In this document: positions 47,268 through 56,668 of the stretch, in pieces | How the letters are laid out: each line of letters opens with the position of its first letter | How positions within the stretch are numbered: the stretch's first letter is position 1 | Virus record (IMG/VR): IMGVR_UViG_3300015607_004939 | Strand: one strand, 5' to 3' | Source: an uncultured virus (IMG/VR IMGVR_UViG_3300015607_004939) | Taxonomy: Duplodnaviria > Heunggongvirae > Uroviricota > Caudoviricetes | Length of the DNA stretch: 64,000 bases | The notes under the pieces: model-generated | Told to the model about the DNA's origin: nothing | Seen by the model: only the letters and a program-made list of their open reading frames with translations | Databases searched by the model: none | Program-made: the position numbers and the translations under genes

Positions 47268-48131
47268 TCAGGTGTTCTTGCGCCCACCCAAGCGCTTGGC
47301 CTTGCGCGCTTCGACCTCGGCGGCGCCGACCTCGCACCGGTCCGAGTAGCCGCAGTACTCGCACTGCCAGCCGGTGGTCGCCTCGGTCTTGCCCTCCTCG
47401 ATGAGGGTGAGGCTGCGTGTGAGCTTGTTGAGGTAGCCCTCCAGCCAGGGCAGCACGTGGCCCTTGATCTCGTCGCGCGTCCACGGACCCGGCTGCCCGT
47501 TCAGGCGCGGGAACCAGTCGAGGCGCGGCTCGCCGAAGTAGTTGATGGCCGACTGCACGCCCGCGACCTCCGGGAAGTTCCCGACGGCCAGGGCCATGTA
47601 GGCGTAGAACTGCGTCGCGTGCTCCTTGATGGGCTTCTTGCGGCCGGACTTGTGGTCCACCACCAGGAGCACCTTGTCTCGCGTGAGCGCCGCGTAGTCG
47701 AAGACGCCGCGAAGGATCGCGCGGCGGTTGTCGAAGAAGTCGACCCCATCGCCGTTCACGTCGATGGCGACCTTGTGTTCGATCAGCTCCATGGAGACGC
47801 CCTGCTCCTCCTTGAAGCGCTGGATGCGCGCGGTGAAGTCGAGCACCGCCGGCACCTTCGCCGTGAGCTCCCCGGCCTCCGCGTGCGTGAGCCCGTCCGC
47901 CTCGATGATCTTGGCGGCCTCGCGCCGCAGGTCGTCGGCCGAAGGCGGCATGCGGAGCGCGAGCTCCTGGAGCGTGTGCGCCGACACGCCGCCGCGCGCC
48001 TGCGTGCTCTTGCCCGCCTCGGGCAGCTTCTTCTCGTACTTGTTGTCGTATTGCTGGGCGCACAGCCCCAGCATGTTGGCCTTGGAGATCGACCACGGCC
48101 CGTGCTTGATGACCAACTCGTTGAACGCCAT
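47268..48131 (-). CDS. PD-(D/E)xK RecB/Cas4-like exonuclease
   Basis: WSISK...C, RGVFD, VVDHKSG, QFYAY, CEYCGYSDRC. Confidence 0.85.
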   Translation of the reverse strand: MAFNELVIKHGPWSISKANMLGLCAQQYDNKYEKKLPEAGKSTQARGGVSAHTLQELALRMPPSADDLRREAAKIIEADGLTHAEAGELTAKVPAVLDFTARIQRFKEEQGVSMELIEHKVAIDVNGDGVDFFDNRRAILRGVFDYAALTRDKVLLVVDHKSGRKKPIKEHATQFYAYMALAVGNFPEVAGVQSAINYFGEPRLDWFPRLNGQPGPWTRDEIKGHVLPWLEGYLNKLTRSLTLIEEGKTEATTGWQCEYCGYSDRCEVGAAEVEARKAKRLGGRKNT

Positions 48132-48221
48132 GTTTTGCCTCGCAAACGAAGAGACGCCGAAGGGCGCCGGGGGCCCCGTAGCGCAAGCGCCACAAGGTCC
48201 CCGACGCCCTCCGTCGGTCGA

Positions 48222-49511
48222 TCACATGTTCTGGTTGGCGAGGTTGGTGAGGTTCGCGGGGGGCTCGCCGCCCGACCCACCCATGAGCGCCCCGAAGTCC
48301 GCCTCGCCCGAGGGCTTCTCCGCACCGCCCGTGAGGATCTTCAGGTGGATGCGGCGCTTCTCGAGCCAGTAGTACTCGGTGTCGATCTTGCGGCAGATCA
48401 GCGAGAGGAACTTGGCCTCGGCCTCGGTCGGCGCCGCACTCCGCATCACGTCGTGGGTCACGAGGAACCAGCGGCGCGAGGCGTCCTTCGGATCGGTCTC
48501 CTTCTTCGTGGAGATCGCGAAGGCGTAGTCCCAGAGGTACCGCCAGCCCGCCGAGTACGCCTTGCGGATCGCGCGGCCGGGCTTGGTGTTGGTGCCCGAG
48601 AGCACCATGCGGTAGATGCCGCTGAAGTCGCGCGGCACGAAGTACAGGTGCACCTCGTTGCGGCACGCGTTCTTGTTCGGCCGGTTGTCCTTGAACGGAC
48701 GCTCGGGGCAGGCCGCGCACGCGCCGAACTTGTCGCCCATGATCTGGTCGATCGAGCGGCAGATGGGCGCCTTGCTCTTGGGCTCGTCACCGTCGGACGC
48801 CTTCGCGTCCTTCGCGTCACCGTCCTCGCCGCGCGGCGGCCAGAACGTGTTGACCTCGTAGCCCGCGATCACGAAGCCCTCGAAGCGCTCGGGCACGCGC
48901 ACGTCGCCGCGCGAGAGCGCCTCGGCTGAGTCACGGTCGCAGGCCGCGAGGATGGTGCCGTCGGTGCCGTAGATGCCGCCCGTGGGGGTCATCTTGGGGC
49001 GCGACGAGTCGTCGCCCGTGCCGTGGTAGATGCGGGCCTCGAACATCTGGAGGCCCTGGCGCTTCTTGCCATGGTCGCCGGGCTTGATCGGGTTCATGCG
49101 CTCCAGCGCCAGCGCGAAGTTCTTCGCCTTCGCGGGGTCGAGGTCCTTCAGGACCTCGCGGATCTCCTCGTCGAGCACCGGCTTGTAGACCTGCCGGAGG
49201 TAGCGCTCGTCGTCGGGGAACAGCGCCACCAGCCGGTCGCAGGCGTCCGGGTCGGTGGGGCTGAAAGGGGTGTCGAGGGTCTCGCCCTTGGGCTTGTCGA
49301 GACCCGCCTCCTGCACCGTGGCGAGGGCCACAGGGGCGGCAGGCTCGGCCGGGGCGGCCGTCGGTTCGGCGGCCGGAGCCGTCGCAGGGGTCGAGTCCTC
49401 CATCGCGGACTCGGTAGCGGTGGTGGCCTCGGCCTCGGCGACCGGCGGGTCGGCGGGGGTGTTGGCGGTGGTGGGGGTGGTGTTGCTGGTGTTCTTGTTC
49501 GGCTTGGACAT
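48222..49511 (-). CDS. Putative ssDNA-binding/annealing protein
   Basis: First gene of replication operon, adjacent to exonuclease; strong RBS AAGGAG; C..CAACP..C motif; function inferred from context. Confidence 0.45.
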   Translation of the reverse strand: MSKPNKNTSNTTPTTANTPADPPVAEAEATTATESAMEDSTPATAPAAEPTAAPAEPAAPVALATVQEAGLDKPKGETLDTPFSPTDPDACDRLVALFPDDERYLRQVYKPVLDEEIREVLKDLDPAKAKNFALALERMNPIKPGDHGKKRQGLQMFEARIYHGTGDDSSRPKMTPTGGIYGTDGTILAACDRDSAEALSRGDVRVPERFEGFVIAGYEVNTFWPPRGEDGDAKDAKASDGDEPKSKAPICRSIDQIMGDKFGACAACPERPFKDNRPNKNACRNEVHLYFVPRDFSGIYRMVLSGTNTKPGRAIRKAYSAGWRYLWDYAFAISTKKETDPKDASRRWFLVTHDVMRSAAPTEAEAKFLSLICRKIDTEYYWLEKRRIHLKILTGGAEKPSGEADFGALMGGSGGEPPANLTNLANQNM

Positions 49512-49577
49512 GTTTGGTGTTGCTCCTTAGGGGAGTCCGCACGACGCGGAAGGGAGAAGAGTGTATATCTCAGCCAT

Positions 49578-50345
49578 ATGAGGGATACAACGTCGCGATA
49601 CTTCGATGAAGTCAGTCGATTGGAGCTGCCAACGCAGGCCCAGGAGCGGGCCGGGCTCCTCGACTACTGGCAACTTACGCAGGCCCACGAGCGTGAGACT
49701 GACCCCTCCAAGCGCGAGCAGATCGCCCGGCAGCGCGCCCGGAGGGGCCAGAAGATCGCGGAGGGCTACTTGCGGTTCGTCATCGGGAAGGCACGCGACC
49801 GGACACGTGACGAGGACCTCCTTCTGGACTTCATCGGAGCCGGGAACGAGGGCTTGATGATCGCGATCACCAAGTTCGACCCGGCGTACGACGTACGCTT
49901 CCTCACCTACGCCGCCCCGTGGGTGAGGGTGAAGATGGACGAGGTGGCTCACCGCCTCGGGACGGTGCACGTCTCGGTCCACCAAAGAAAGCAGTGCATC
50001 CAGCGGGGCGAGGAGCCCCCCACGGCCACCCTGACGCACGTCGATGACGTGCAACTGGTGTCCCCCTCGGACGTCGAGAGGGAGGCCGTGCCCGAGGGCC
50101 GGACGGCGCTCAAGTACCTGAAGCTGACGGGGCTCTCGCGGCGCGAGCGCGTGATCCTGGTCCTGTCGCTGGGCCTGCGGGGTGACCCGCAGGGCGACGA
50201 GGACCTCGCCCTCACGCTCTACTCGCTCGACGGGTCGATCTTCTGCGCCCCCGAGCTGCGCCGGATCCGCGAGGAGGCGCTGGGGAAAATGCGGCGCTGG
50301 GCCGGCGAACACCCCGACGAGGAGATGTTCGCCGAGCTCAGCTAG
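49578..50345 (+). CDS. Sigma-70 family factor (RpoD/RpoH-like, short)
   Basis: YFDEVSRLEL region 1.2, YLRFVI, DFIGAGNEGLMIAITKFDP..RFLTYAAPWVR region 2, LSRRER..LGL and RRIREEALGKMR region 4. Confidence 0.88.
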   Translation: MRDTTSRYFDEVSRLELPTQAQERAGLLDYWQLTQAHERETDPSKREQIARQRARRGQKIAEGYLRFVIGKARDRTRDEDLLLDFIGAGNEGLMIAITKFDPAYDVRFLTYAAPWVRVKMDEVAHRLGTVHVSVHQRKQCIQRGEEPPTATLTHVDDVQLVSPSDVEREAVPEGRTALKYLKLTGLSRRERVILVLSLGLRGDPQGDEDLALTLYSLDGSIFCAPELRRIREEALGKMRRWAGEHPDEEMFAELS

Positions 50346-50348
50346 GGG

Positions 50349-51455
50349 TCAGTCGGCTGACGAGTCCTCGTCGTCGAGGAGCGCCGCCTTCGGCAGCTCC
50401 TTGATGCCGGCGGCCTCCTCGTGGCCCCGGAGGCGGCCCTTCTCGAAGGCGATCTTCTCGGGGTCGGCGTCGCGGGCGCGCAGGTTCTTCACCCGGGTGT
50501 CGATCCAGTTGAGGACCTTGCGCTGGTTGATGACGCCGACGTGCTTCACCTCGACCTTGTCGTAGCCGTGCTGCTTGGGCACCCGCTTGACCGGCTCGCC
50601 GCCCTCGCCCGCCCCCGCCTCGGCCTTGGCCGCCTGCTTGGCCTGCCACGCCTTGACGGCCTCCTTGAGCTGGTCCTCGTCCCAGCCCTTCTCGACGGCG
50701 CGGTTGGCGATGGCCGTCTGCGCGTCGTGGTCCTTGATCGGGCGCAGGGCGCGCGCCGCCGTGACGGTGAGCAGCCCGTCGCGCACGAGCTTCAGGACCG
50801 GCTCGGCGAGGTCGAAGATGCCGAGGTACTGGCTCACCTTGCCGGGCGACCAGCCGACGCGGCTGGCGATCTGGTCCTGGAGCAGCCCCGAGTCCTTGAG
50901 GTTCTTCACTACGACGGCGCTGTCGTAGTGGGTCATGCCGGCGCGCGCCTCGTTCTCGAAGTAGGCGTCCTGCACCATCTCGGACCAGTGAGTGTAGTTC
51001 TTCACCTTGGCGTTGATGGTCGAGAACTTGTTGATGAGCGCGGCGCGCGTGCGGCGGCGGCCGAAGACCAGGACGTAGTAGTCCTCGCCCTTCTTGACGT
51101 TCACCCGCAGCTTCGGGTCGGCCGACACCGGCAGCGACGCGGTCTCGCCCACGTAGCGCATCTTGGTGACGAGCACCGGGGAGGTGATGCCGCCCTTGGT
51201 CTGCTCGACGAACTCGTCGATGCTCTGCGAGGTGCTGCGCACGTCGAAGATCACCAGGAGCTGCTGGGGCTTCACGTCGATCGGCCCCTCCTCGTCAGGC
51301 ACCGGCTCCCAGTCCTTGAAGACGGCGGCGTAGCCCGCCTTCTCCTCAGACGCGGCGGACCCGGACGCGGCGGACTTCTTGGCCCGCTTGGACGGCGTCT
51401 CCACCGTCTCGTCCTTCTTCTTGCCCTTCTTCTCGGTCGTATCTTCGGTCGTCAT
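50349..51455 (-). CDS. parB: ParB/Spo0J/KorB-family protein (ParB-N CTPase + HTH)
   Basis: GITSPVLV, LVFGRRRTRAA, ENEAR, HTH LQDQIASRVGWSPGKVSQYL, GLLTVTAARAL. Confidence 0.82.
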   Translation of the reverse strand: MTTEDTTEKKGKKKDETVETPSKRAKKSAASGSAASEEKAGYAAVFKDWEPVPDEEGPIDVKPQQLLVIFDVRSTSQSIDEFVEQTKGGITSPVLVTKMRYVGETASLPVSADPKLRVNVKKGEDYYVLVFGRRRTRAALINKFSTINAKVKNYTHWSEMVQDAYFENEARAGMTHYDSAVVVKNLKDSGLLQDQIASRVGWSPGKVSQYLGIFDLAEPVLKLVRDGLLTVTAARALRPIKDHDAQTAIANRAVEKGWDEDQLKEAVKAWQAKQAAKAEAGAGEGGEPVKRVPKQHGYDKVEVKHVGVINQRKVLNWIDTRVKNLRARDADPEKIAFEKGRLRGHEEAAGIKELPKAALLDDEDSSAD

Positions 51456-51690
51456 GATCGACTCCTTCCCGCTCCGCGCAGGACAGTTGGTTCAGCTCGC
51501 CGCGCAGAATCCGGCGGACCTCGCGCGCGAACTGGATGGGGGACACGGACTTCAGGGGCACCGCTTCGAGCGGGCCCCCGACCACGAGGTGCCGGAAAGC
51601 CTCGTAGAACTCCTTGGCCACGAGCGCCTCGCTCTGGGGCGCCACGTAGAGATCCAAAAACAACGAAACGACGATGGCCCTGAACTTCAC
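51346..51690 (-). CDS. Hypothetical protein
   Basis: GTG 51690 coupled (GTGA) to upstream stop; overlaps parB start. Confidence 0.4.
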   Translation of the reverse strand: MKFRAIVVSLFLDLYVAPQSEALVAKEFYEAFRHLVVGGPLEAVPLKSVSPIQFAREVRRILRGELNQLSCAEREGVDHDDRRYDREEGQEEGRDGGDAVQAGQEVRRVRVRRV

Positions 51691-51914
51691 CGGGTCGGCG
51701 AAGAGGTGCTGCTCCCTGGCGGCGCCTCGAAAGGCGCGGTCCCGCAGTTCGCGCAGCGAACCGATGAGCACTGAGACGTCGGCGGAAGGATCGGACCTCG
51801 ACACCTTGGGCATGTCGGCGGTTCTGCCACGCCCTCCGTACGCCGTAAAGCGGACGAAGCGGAGGCTTCTACCCGCTTGTCCTCGATATTCGTGACGACG
51901 CCGTACTTCTCCAC
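51687..51914 (-). CDS. Small zinc-ribbon protein
   Basis: MEKYGV...CPRC...CANCGTAPFE; starts 1 nt after upstream stop, RBS GGAG. Confidence 0.6.
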   Translation of the reverse strand: MEKYGVVTNIEDKRVEASASSALRRTEGVAEPPTCPRCRGPILPPTSQCSSVRCANCGTAPFEAPPGSSTSSPTR

Positions 51915-51915
51915 G

Positions 51916-52446
51916 TCACTCTCCCGTCAGGTACTTGTCGAGGAAGCTCTTCTCCTCGGACGCTGCCGTGCCCGCCTCGCCCCGCCGGGCGGCCTCGGCC
52001 TCGGCGTAGCCGGGGTCGACGCGGCCGAACTCCCGCTCGACCAGACCCGTGCGGGTGCCGATCTCGCGGATGGCGACCTGACGGGGCTTCTCCAGGTCGG
52101 AGATCTCGATCGGATCGGTCAAGGGGTTCCCGCGCGCGTTCCCGCTCGACCACTTGGTGACGATGGCGCGCCCCGTGGGGCGGTCGGCGGGCGCCGGGGG
52201 CGCGGGAGGGGCCGGCGCGGGGGCCGGGGCGAAGGCCGTCGCAGACGGCGCCGGGGCGGGGGGCGCGGACGGGGCGGGAGGGGGCGGGGCAGGCCGCGCC
52301 GCCGGCCTCGGGTCGTCCACCCAGAGGTAGATCGTGCAGTTGTCGGGGACCTCGAAGTCCAGCAATACGCCGTACCCCCTCTGCTGGAGGTCCTGCTGGA
52401 TCAGGGCCTTGACGTCCTCGGGACCGTACTGAACTTGCAGCTTCAT
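51916..52446 (-). CDS. Hypothetical protein with Pro/Ala linker
   Basis: Coupled to SNF2 stop. Confidence 0.65.
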   Translation of the reverse strand: MKLQVQYGPEDVKALIQQDLQQRGYGVLLDFEVPDNCTIYLWVDDPRPAARPAPPPPAPSAPPAPAPSATAFAPAPAPAPPAPPAPADRPTGRAIVTKWSSGNARGNPLTDPIEISDLEKPRQVAIREIGTRTGLVEREFGRVDPGYAEAEAARRGEAGTAASEEKSFLDKYLTGE

Positions 52447-54446
52447 AGCAGGCTCGGCTTTGCTACGGGGCGGTTCACTGCCGCCGCGTAGGTGCAGTTC
52501 TCCCGGAAGGGGACCGTGCCGTCAAGGGCGCACGCTTCCATGCGCGGGCAGGAGGCGCATCGGATCTTCTCGGTCATCGTGAAGGCGACCCGGTCCTTGA
52601 ACCGGAGCACGCCGGCCACCATCCGGTCGAGCCCCCCGAGCCCCTCGGCGGTCAGGAGCCGGTAGCAGGTCATCTTGCGCTTCTGGCCGGGCCGGTTGTT
52701 CCTCTCGATGGCCTGCTGGTAGTCGAGCGGTGCCCACGGCAGCGAGTAGAACACCGAGTAGTTGGCGGCGGGCAGGTTGATGCCGATCCCGGCGCTCACC
52801 ATCCCGACGAGCACGCGCGTCTTGGGGTCCTCTTGCACCGCGAGCTCGATCCGCTCGACGTCCTTGGTCGTGTCCCCGTCCAGGCGCTCGACCTTGACCC
52901 CGAGCTCGGCGCACACGCCCATCATGTCGTCCAGCTCGTCGTCGAAGACCCCCCAGCACAGGACCTTGTTGGTGTCGTCCTCCTCCAGGATCTGTTCGAG
53001 GAGGTCCTTGAACACCTCCCGCTTGGGGTTCTCGAAGTCGCGCAGGACCTTGCGCGGGGGCTTCTGCTGCACGACGAGGCACTTCTTGGTGTAGGGCTTG
53101 ATCCGCTCCTCCACGCACACCTCCATGCGCGGGCAGGCGTCGCAGATGGTCCGGTCGGGCGCCTCGATGAGGAAGCCGGAGATCACCTGGAGGAGCTTGT
53201 TCACCAGGGCGGCCCCGTGGGGCAGGTTGAAGAGGACCTGCGCCGGGGGCGGCGCGAGGCCCGGCTCGGGGTTGTCGTCGAAGTGCGCGGCGTACGCCTC
53301 CAGCGCGGGGTCGAGCGTAGCCTGCATGGTTGATACGAGCTCGTTGTAGCGGTGCTTCTGCCGGGTCCCGAGCTCGAAGGGCACGTCCACCACGGTCATG
53401 GCCGGCAGGTCCAGGCAGTCCTTCTTCTTCATCCGCAGCGCAACCGAGTCGACGATCGCGTTCATCTCGTTCAGGTTCTTGTAGCCCGTGCGGATCACGG
53501 CGTTGTACGGGGAGCGCGTGACGTACTTGTCGACGAACTTCTCGTAGTCCATCGGGACGAGGGCGGGCGAGAGGAAGTAGAGCTGTCCGTAGAGCTTCTC
53601 GGGCGTGTCGCCCGGCGTGCCGGTTAGCGCGATGCGGCGCGGCGCGGGCACCGACAGGGCCACCACGGCCTGCGTCTGTTCGCTCTTCCAGTTGCCCAGG
53701 CGGTGCGACTCGTCGGCCACGATCACGTCGTAGCCGAGCTCCAGGAGGCGGCTCCGCTCGGGGGCGAAGATCGCCATCTTGCCGAACTGCGGGTGCTCGA
53801 TCTCGGTGTTCGCCATGAGGCGCGCGCGGGCGTAGCTCACCCCCACGACCTGGGCCGACTTGGCGGCCTCCCAGGACTCCTCGGTCCCGTCGAAGTAGAC
53901 GCCCTTCCACTCCCCGCGCGACACGCGCCCCGTCTCGCGCGCCCAGCCGGGGAGCACGACCGGGGGCCCGACGACGAGGGCCTTCTTGAAGGGGGCCTCG
54001 CGGGCGATCACGCGGAGGGCGTCGAGCGTCGTGCGCGTCTTGCCCGTGCCCATGTCCCACAGGAGGAACGTCCGGGCCCAGTGCCGGATGCGCGATACGC
54101 CGTACCGCTGGTACTTGAAAGGCTGGAAGGTGTCGGGGAAGAACTCGCCCGGCACGTCCGCGAGGCACGGCTCCCCCCTCGCCCAGGCGGCCTCCTCCGA
54201 TTCCCAGGCGCGGTCCTTAGCCTCGATATCGGCCGCAAGCGCCAGGGCGTCCGGCGTCCAGCGCGCGCCCACGGCCAGCTTGCGCAGGTCCCGCATTGCC
54301 CACAGGCCGAATGGGTAGTACCCGGGGAAGATCCAGGTGCCGCTGACGTACTGGGCGCCCCACGCGCGGGCGAGCGGGGACTTCTCGGGGCCGGGCGACG
54401 CGAACGCGCGTGCCGTATTGTTGAGCGTGAACGACCTGATCTCCAT
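52443..54446 (-). CDS. SNF2-family helicase/ATPase
   Basis: YQ..G, DMGTGKT, VADESH, LTGTP, GIGINL, QAIERNNRPGQ; RBS GGAGGAG. Confidence 0.92.
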   Translation of the reverse strand: MEIRSFTLNNTARAFASPGPEKSPLARAWGAQYVSGTWIFPGYYPFGLWAMRDLRKLAVGARWTPDALALAADIEAKDRAWESEEAAWARGEPCLADVPGEFFPDTFQPFKYQRYGVSRIRHWARTFLLWDMGTGKTRTTLDALRVIAREAPFKKALVVGPPVVLPGWARETGRVSRGEWKGVYFDGTEESWEAAKSAQVVGVSYARARLMANTEIEHPQFGKMAIFAPERSRLLELGYDVIVADESHRLGNWKSEQTQAVVALSVPAPRRIALTGTPGDTPEKLYGQLYFLSPALVPMDYEKFVDKYVTRSPYNAVIRTGYKNLNEMNAIVDSVALRMKKKDCLDLPAMTVVDVPFELGTRQKHRYNELVSTMQATLDPALEAYAAHFDDNPEPGLAPPPAQVLFNLPHGAALVNKLLQVISGFLIEAPDRTICDACPRMEVCVEERIKPYTKKCLVVQQKPPRKVLRDFENPKREVFKDLLEQILEEDDTNKVLCWGVFDDELDDMMGVCAELGVKVERLDGDTTKDVERIELAVQEDPKTRVLVGMVSAGIGINLPAANYSVFYSLPWAPLDYQQAIERNNRPGQKRKMTCYRLLTAEGLGGLDRMVAGVLRFKDRVAFTMTEKIRCASCPRMEACALDGTVPFRENCTYAAAVNRPVAKPSLL

Positions 54447-54466
54447 GGGCTCCTCCGAAGGGTGAC

Positions 54467-56185
54467 ATGTACGAACTAGACGCGATGGGGCCGTACCAGA
54501 ACGGCGGCGGCGCCTACGGGCACCCGAACCCCCAGTACGACTACCTGAGCGGGTTCACGCCCAGGAAGCTCAAGGACCTGATCCGGCAAGCCGAGTACAT
54601 CGGCTTCAACTCGGCGCACATCTACGGCGTCGTCCGCAAGTTCGGCGAGTACCCCATCACGGAGCTGGAGTACGAGACGGCCTCGGACTCCGAGCGCGAG
54701 CGGCACGAGAAGCTCTTCGACAACGAGCTGCGCTTCAAGGGGTTCCTCACGCTGGTCTCCTTCGATGTGTGGCTCACGGGCAACAGCTTCGTGAGCATGT
54801 ACGAGCCGATCAAGCGGGACCTGCGGTGTCCGTCCTGCAAGATCCCCGAGGACGTCGCGGCGGCGGACTACACCTTCCACCTGGACCGCCTGGAGTTCCG
54901 GTTCAACTGCCGCAACTGCGGTCTGCGCAACCAGATCGCCGAGGTCGTCGACCAGCCACTGCGCGAGCCGAGCCGCATCAAGCTCCGACGCTGGGACCCG
55001 AAGCTCATCGACATCGACTCGAACCTCATCACCGGGGAGGACGAGTACTACTACACGATCCCGCGCGCCTTCGTCGCCGAGGTTCGCGCGGGCAACAAGC
55101 TGAAGATCAACCACACGCCGATGGAGTTCCTCGCGGCGATGAGGGACCGGAAGATCTTCAAGTTCGCCCCCGACGCCATCTACCACATGCGTATGCCGGG
55201 CCCGGCCGGGGAGCAGGGCCAGTGGGGCTTCCCTCCCATCACGGCGGCCATCAAGCTCTTCCTCTTCGCGGCCGTGCTCAGGCGCGCCAACGAGGCGATC
55301 GCCATGGAGCACATCACGCCCTTCCGCGTGATGCACCCCACGCAAGCGAGCAGCCAGGGCGACCCGCTCACGACCATCAACCTCGGGCGCTGGCGGCAGG
55401 AGCTGGAAGGGAACCTCCGCGCCTTCCGCAAGGACCCCCTGCGCGTCATGTTCTCCCCGATCCCCATCGGCGTGCAGAACATCGGCGGCGAGGGACGCAC
55501 CCTCCTGACGCTCGGCGAGCTGGAGCAGGCCGAGAAGAACATCGTCTTCTCGCTCGGCGTCCCGATGGAGTTCCTCACCGGGGGCCTCGGGCAGACGCGC
55601 GGCGACGTGACGCTCCGCATGATCGAGAACCAGCTCCGTACCCACATCGAGAACCTGAACGGGCTCGCGCAGTGGACCGAGCGGCGCGCGGCGGGGTTCC
55701 TCAAGTGGGCCTCGATCCCCGTGCGCCTCCAAGACTTCAAGATGACGGACGACGTGGACGCCAAGCAGTTCCGTCTCCAGATGTGGACGCAAGGGAGGGT
55801 GAGCGACACGACGATGGCGCAGTCGCTCAACATGGACCTCAAGAACGAGATGAAGCTCATCAAGCAGGAGCAGCTCGACCGCCAGCGCAACGAGAGCGAG
55901 ACCCAGCTCGCCCTCCAGCGCCAACAGCAGGCCCTGTCGCTCACCTCGCAGCAGCGCGCCATGCAGGCGCAGGGCGGCGTGGCCTACGACCCGCAGCAGG
56001 TGCTGGCCGCCAACGCCCCCATCGCCCAGGAGCTCGGCGAGATGGACGAGGGCACCCGCCGGAGCCGCCTCGACGCCTTGCAGGGCGAGGACCCGGTCGC
56101 GTACGCTGTTGTCAAGATGCTCCTCGAACAGAAGCAACAGAACGACACGGCGCAGGCCAAGCAGCAGTCGCGAGGGGGTGGGTGA
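54467..56185 (+). CDS. Portal protein with zinc-ribbon insertion
   Basis: FDVWLTGNSF, IYHMR...WGFPPI, IVFSLGVP.EFL.G portal-type motifs; CPSC...CRNC insert; Gln-rich tail. Confidence 0.7.
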   Translation: MYELDAMGPYQNGGGAYGHPNPQYDYLSGFTPRKLKDLIRQAEYIGFNSAHIYGVVRKFGEYPITELEYETASDSERERHEKLFDNELRFKGFLTLVSFDVWLTGNSFVSMYEPIKRDLRCPSCKIPEDVAAADYTFHLDRLEFRFNCRNCGLRNQIAEVVDQPLREPSRIKLRRWDPKLIDIDSNLITGEDEYYYTIPRAFVAEVRAGNKLKINHTPMEFLAAMRDRKIFKFAPDAIYHMRMPGPAGEQGQWGFPPITAAIKLFLFAAVLRRANEAIAMEHITPFRVMHPTQASSQGDPLTTINLGRWRQELEGNLRAFRKDPLRVMFSPIPIGVQNIGGEGRTLLTLGELEQAEKNIVFSLGVPMEFLTGGLGQTRGDVTLRMIENQLRTHIENLNGLAQWTERRAAGFLKWASIPVRLQDFKMTDDVDAKQFRLQMWTQGRVSDTTMAQSLNMDLKNEMKLIKQEQLDRQRNESETQLALQRQQQALSLTSQQRAMQAQGGVAYDPQQVLAANAPIAQELGEMDEGTRRSRLDALQGEDPVAYAVVKMLLEQKQQNDTAQAKQQSRGGG

Positions 56186-56544
56186 TGGCCGACCCGTGGG
56201 CAGAGCACGAGGGCTTCCGGGGCCCCAACGTCAACACCGTCAAGCCCGGCCGGGTGCACTACGACACGTTCGTCGTCTTCCGCCCCTACTACCTGTGCCC
56301 CGCCTGCAAGAAGGTGATGGCGCAGGACGACTTCCAGTACCCCGAGGACGACGACTACGTCTGTCCGCACGTCCGCCGGAGCGCGCTGGAGAAGATCATG
56401 GACAAGGTGATCGCCGGCACCGCGCAGAAGTTCTCGATGGACCAGCTCGTCATGGAGAGCGGCGTCGTCCAGGTCACGCTCGTCTGGGCGGACGTCGATC
56501 GGCCAAAGGAGGAAGGAGGGTGGTCGAGGCCCAGCCACATGTGA
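56185..56544 (+). CDS. Hypothetical protein (CxxC...CxH)
   Basis: TGATG coupling to portal. Confidence 0.65.
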   Translation: MADPWAEHEGFRGPNVNTVKPGRVHYDTFVVFRPYYLCPACKKVMAQDDFQYPEDDDYVCPHVRRSALEKIMDKVIAGTAQKFSMDQLVMESGVVQVTLVWADVDRPKEEGGWSRPSHM

Positions 56545-56648
56545 TGGCTGGGCCCCGGTCACCGGTTGGTGTCGTCGTCAGAGGATGACGACGATGACGA
56601 ACTTGAGCACGCTGGTCAGTACCATGCGCACCTCCTTCCGCATCCTTG

Positions 56649-56654
56649 TACCCT
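56649..56654 (+). promoter_or_regulatory. -10 element TACCCT upstream of RNAP gene
   Basis: 14 nt before ATG 56669. Confidence 0.45.
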
Positions 56655-56668
56655 AACGAGAGCCCATT

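Noticed and set aside
47268..48131. Cas4-like nuclease as a sign of a CRISPR-Cas system
   Set aside because: No repeat-spacer array or other cas gene seen; solo Cas4/RecB nucleases are common in phage replication modules
56545..56668. Acidic ORF (SSSEDDDDDE) upstream of the RNAP gene
   Set aside because: It arises from the inverted repeat TCGTCGTCA-GAGGA-TGACGACGA and runs out of frame into the RNAP gene; more likely a hairpin in a non-coding spacer
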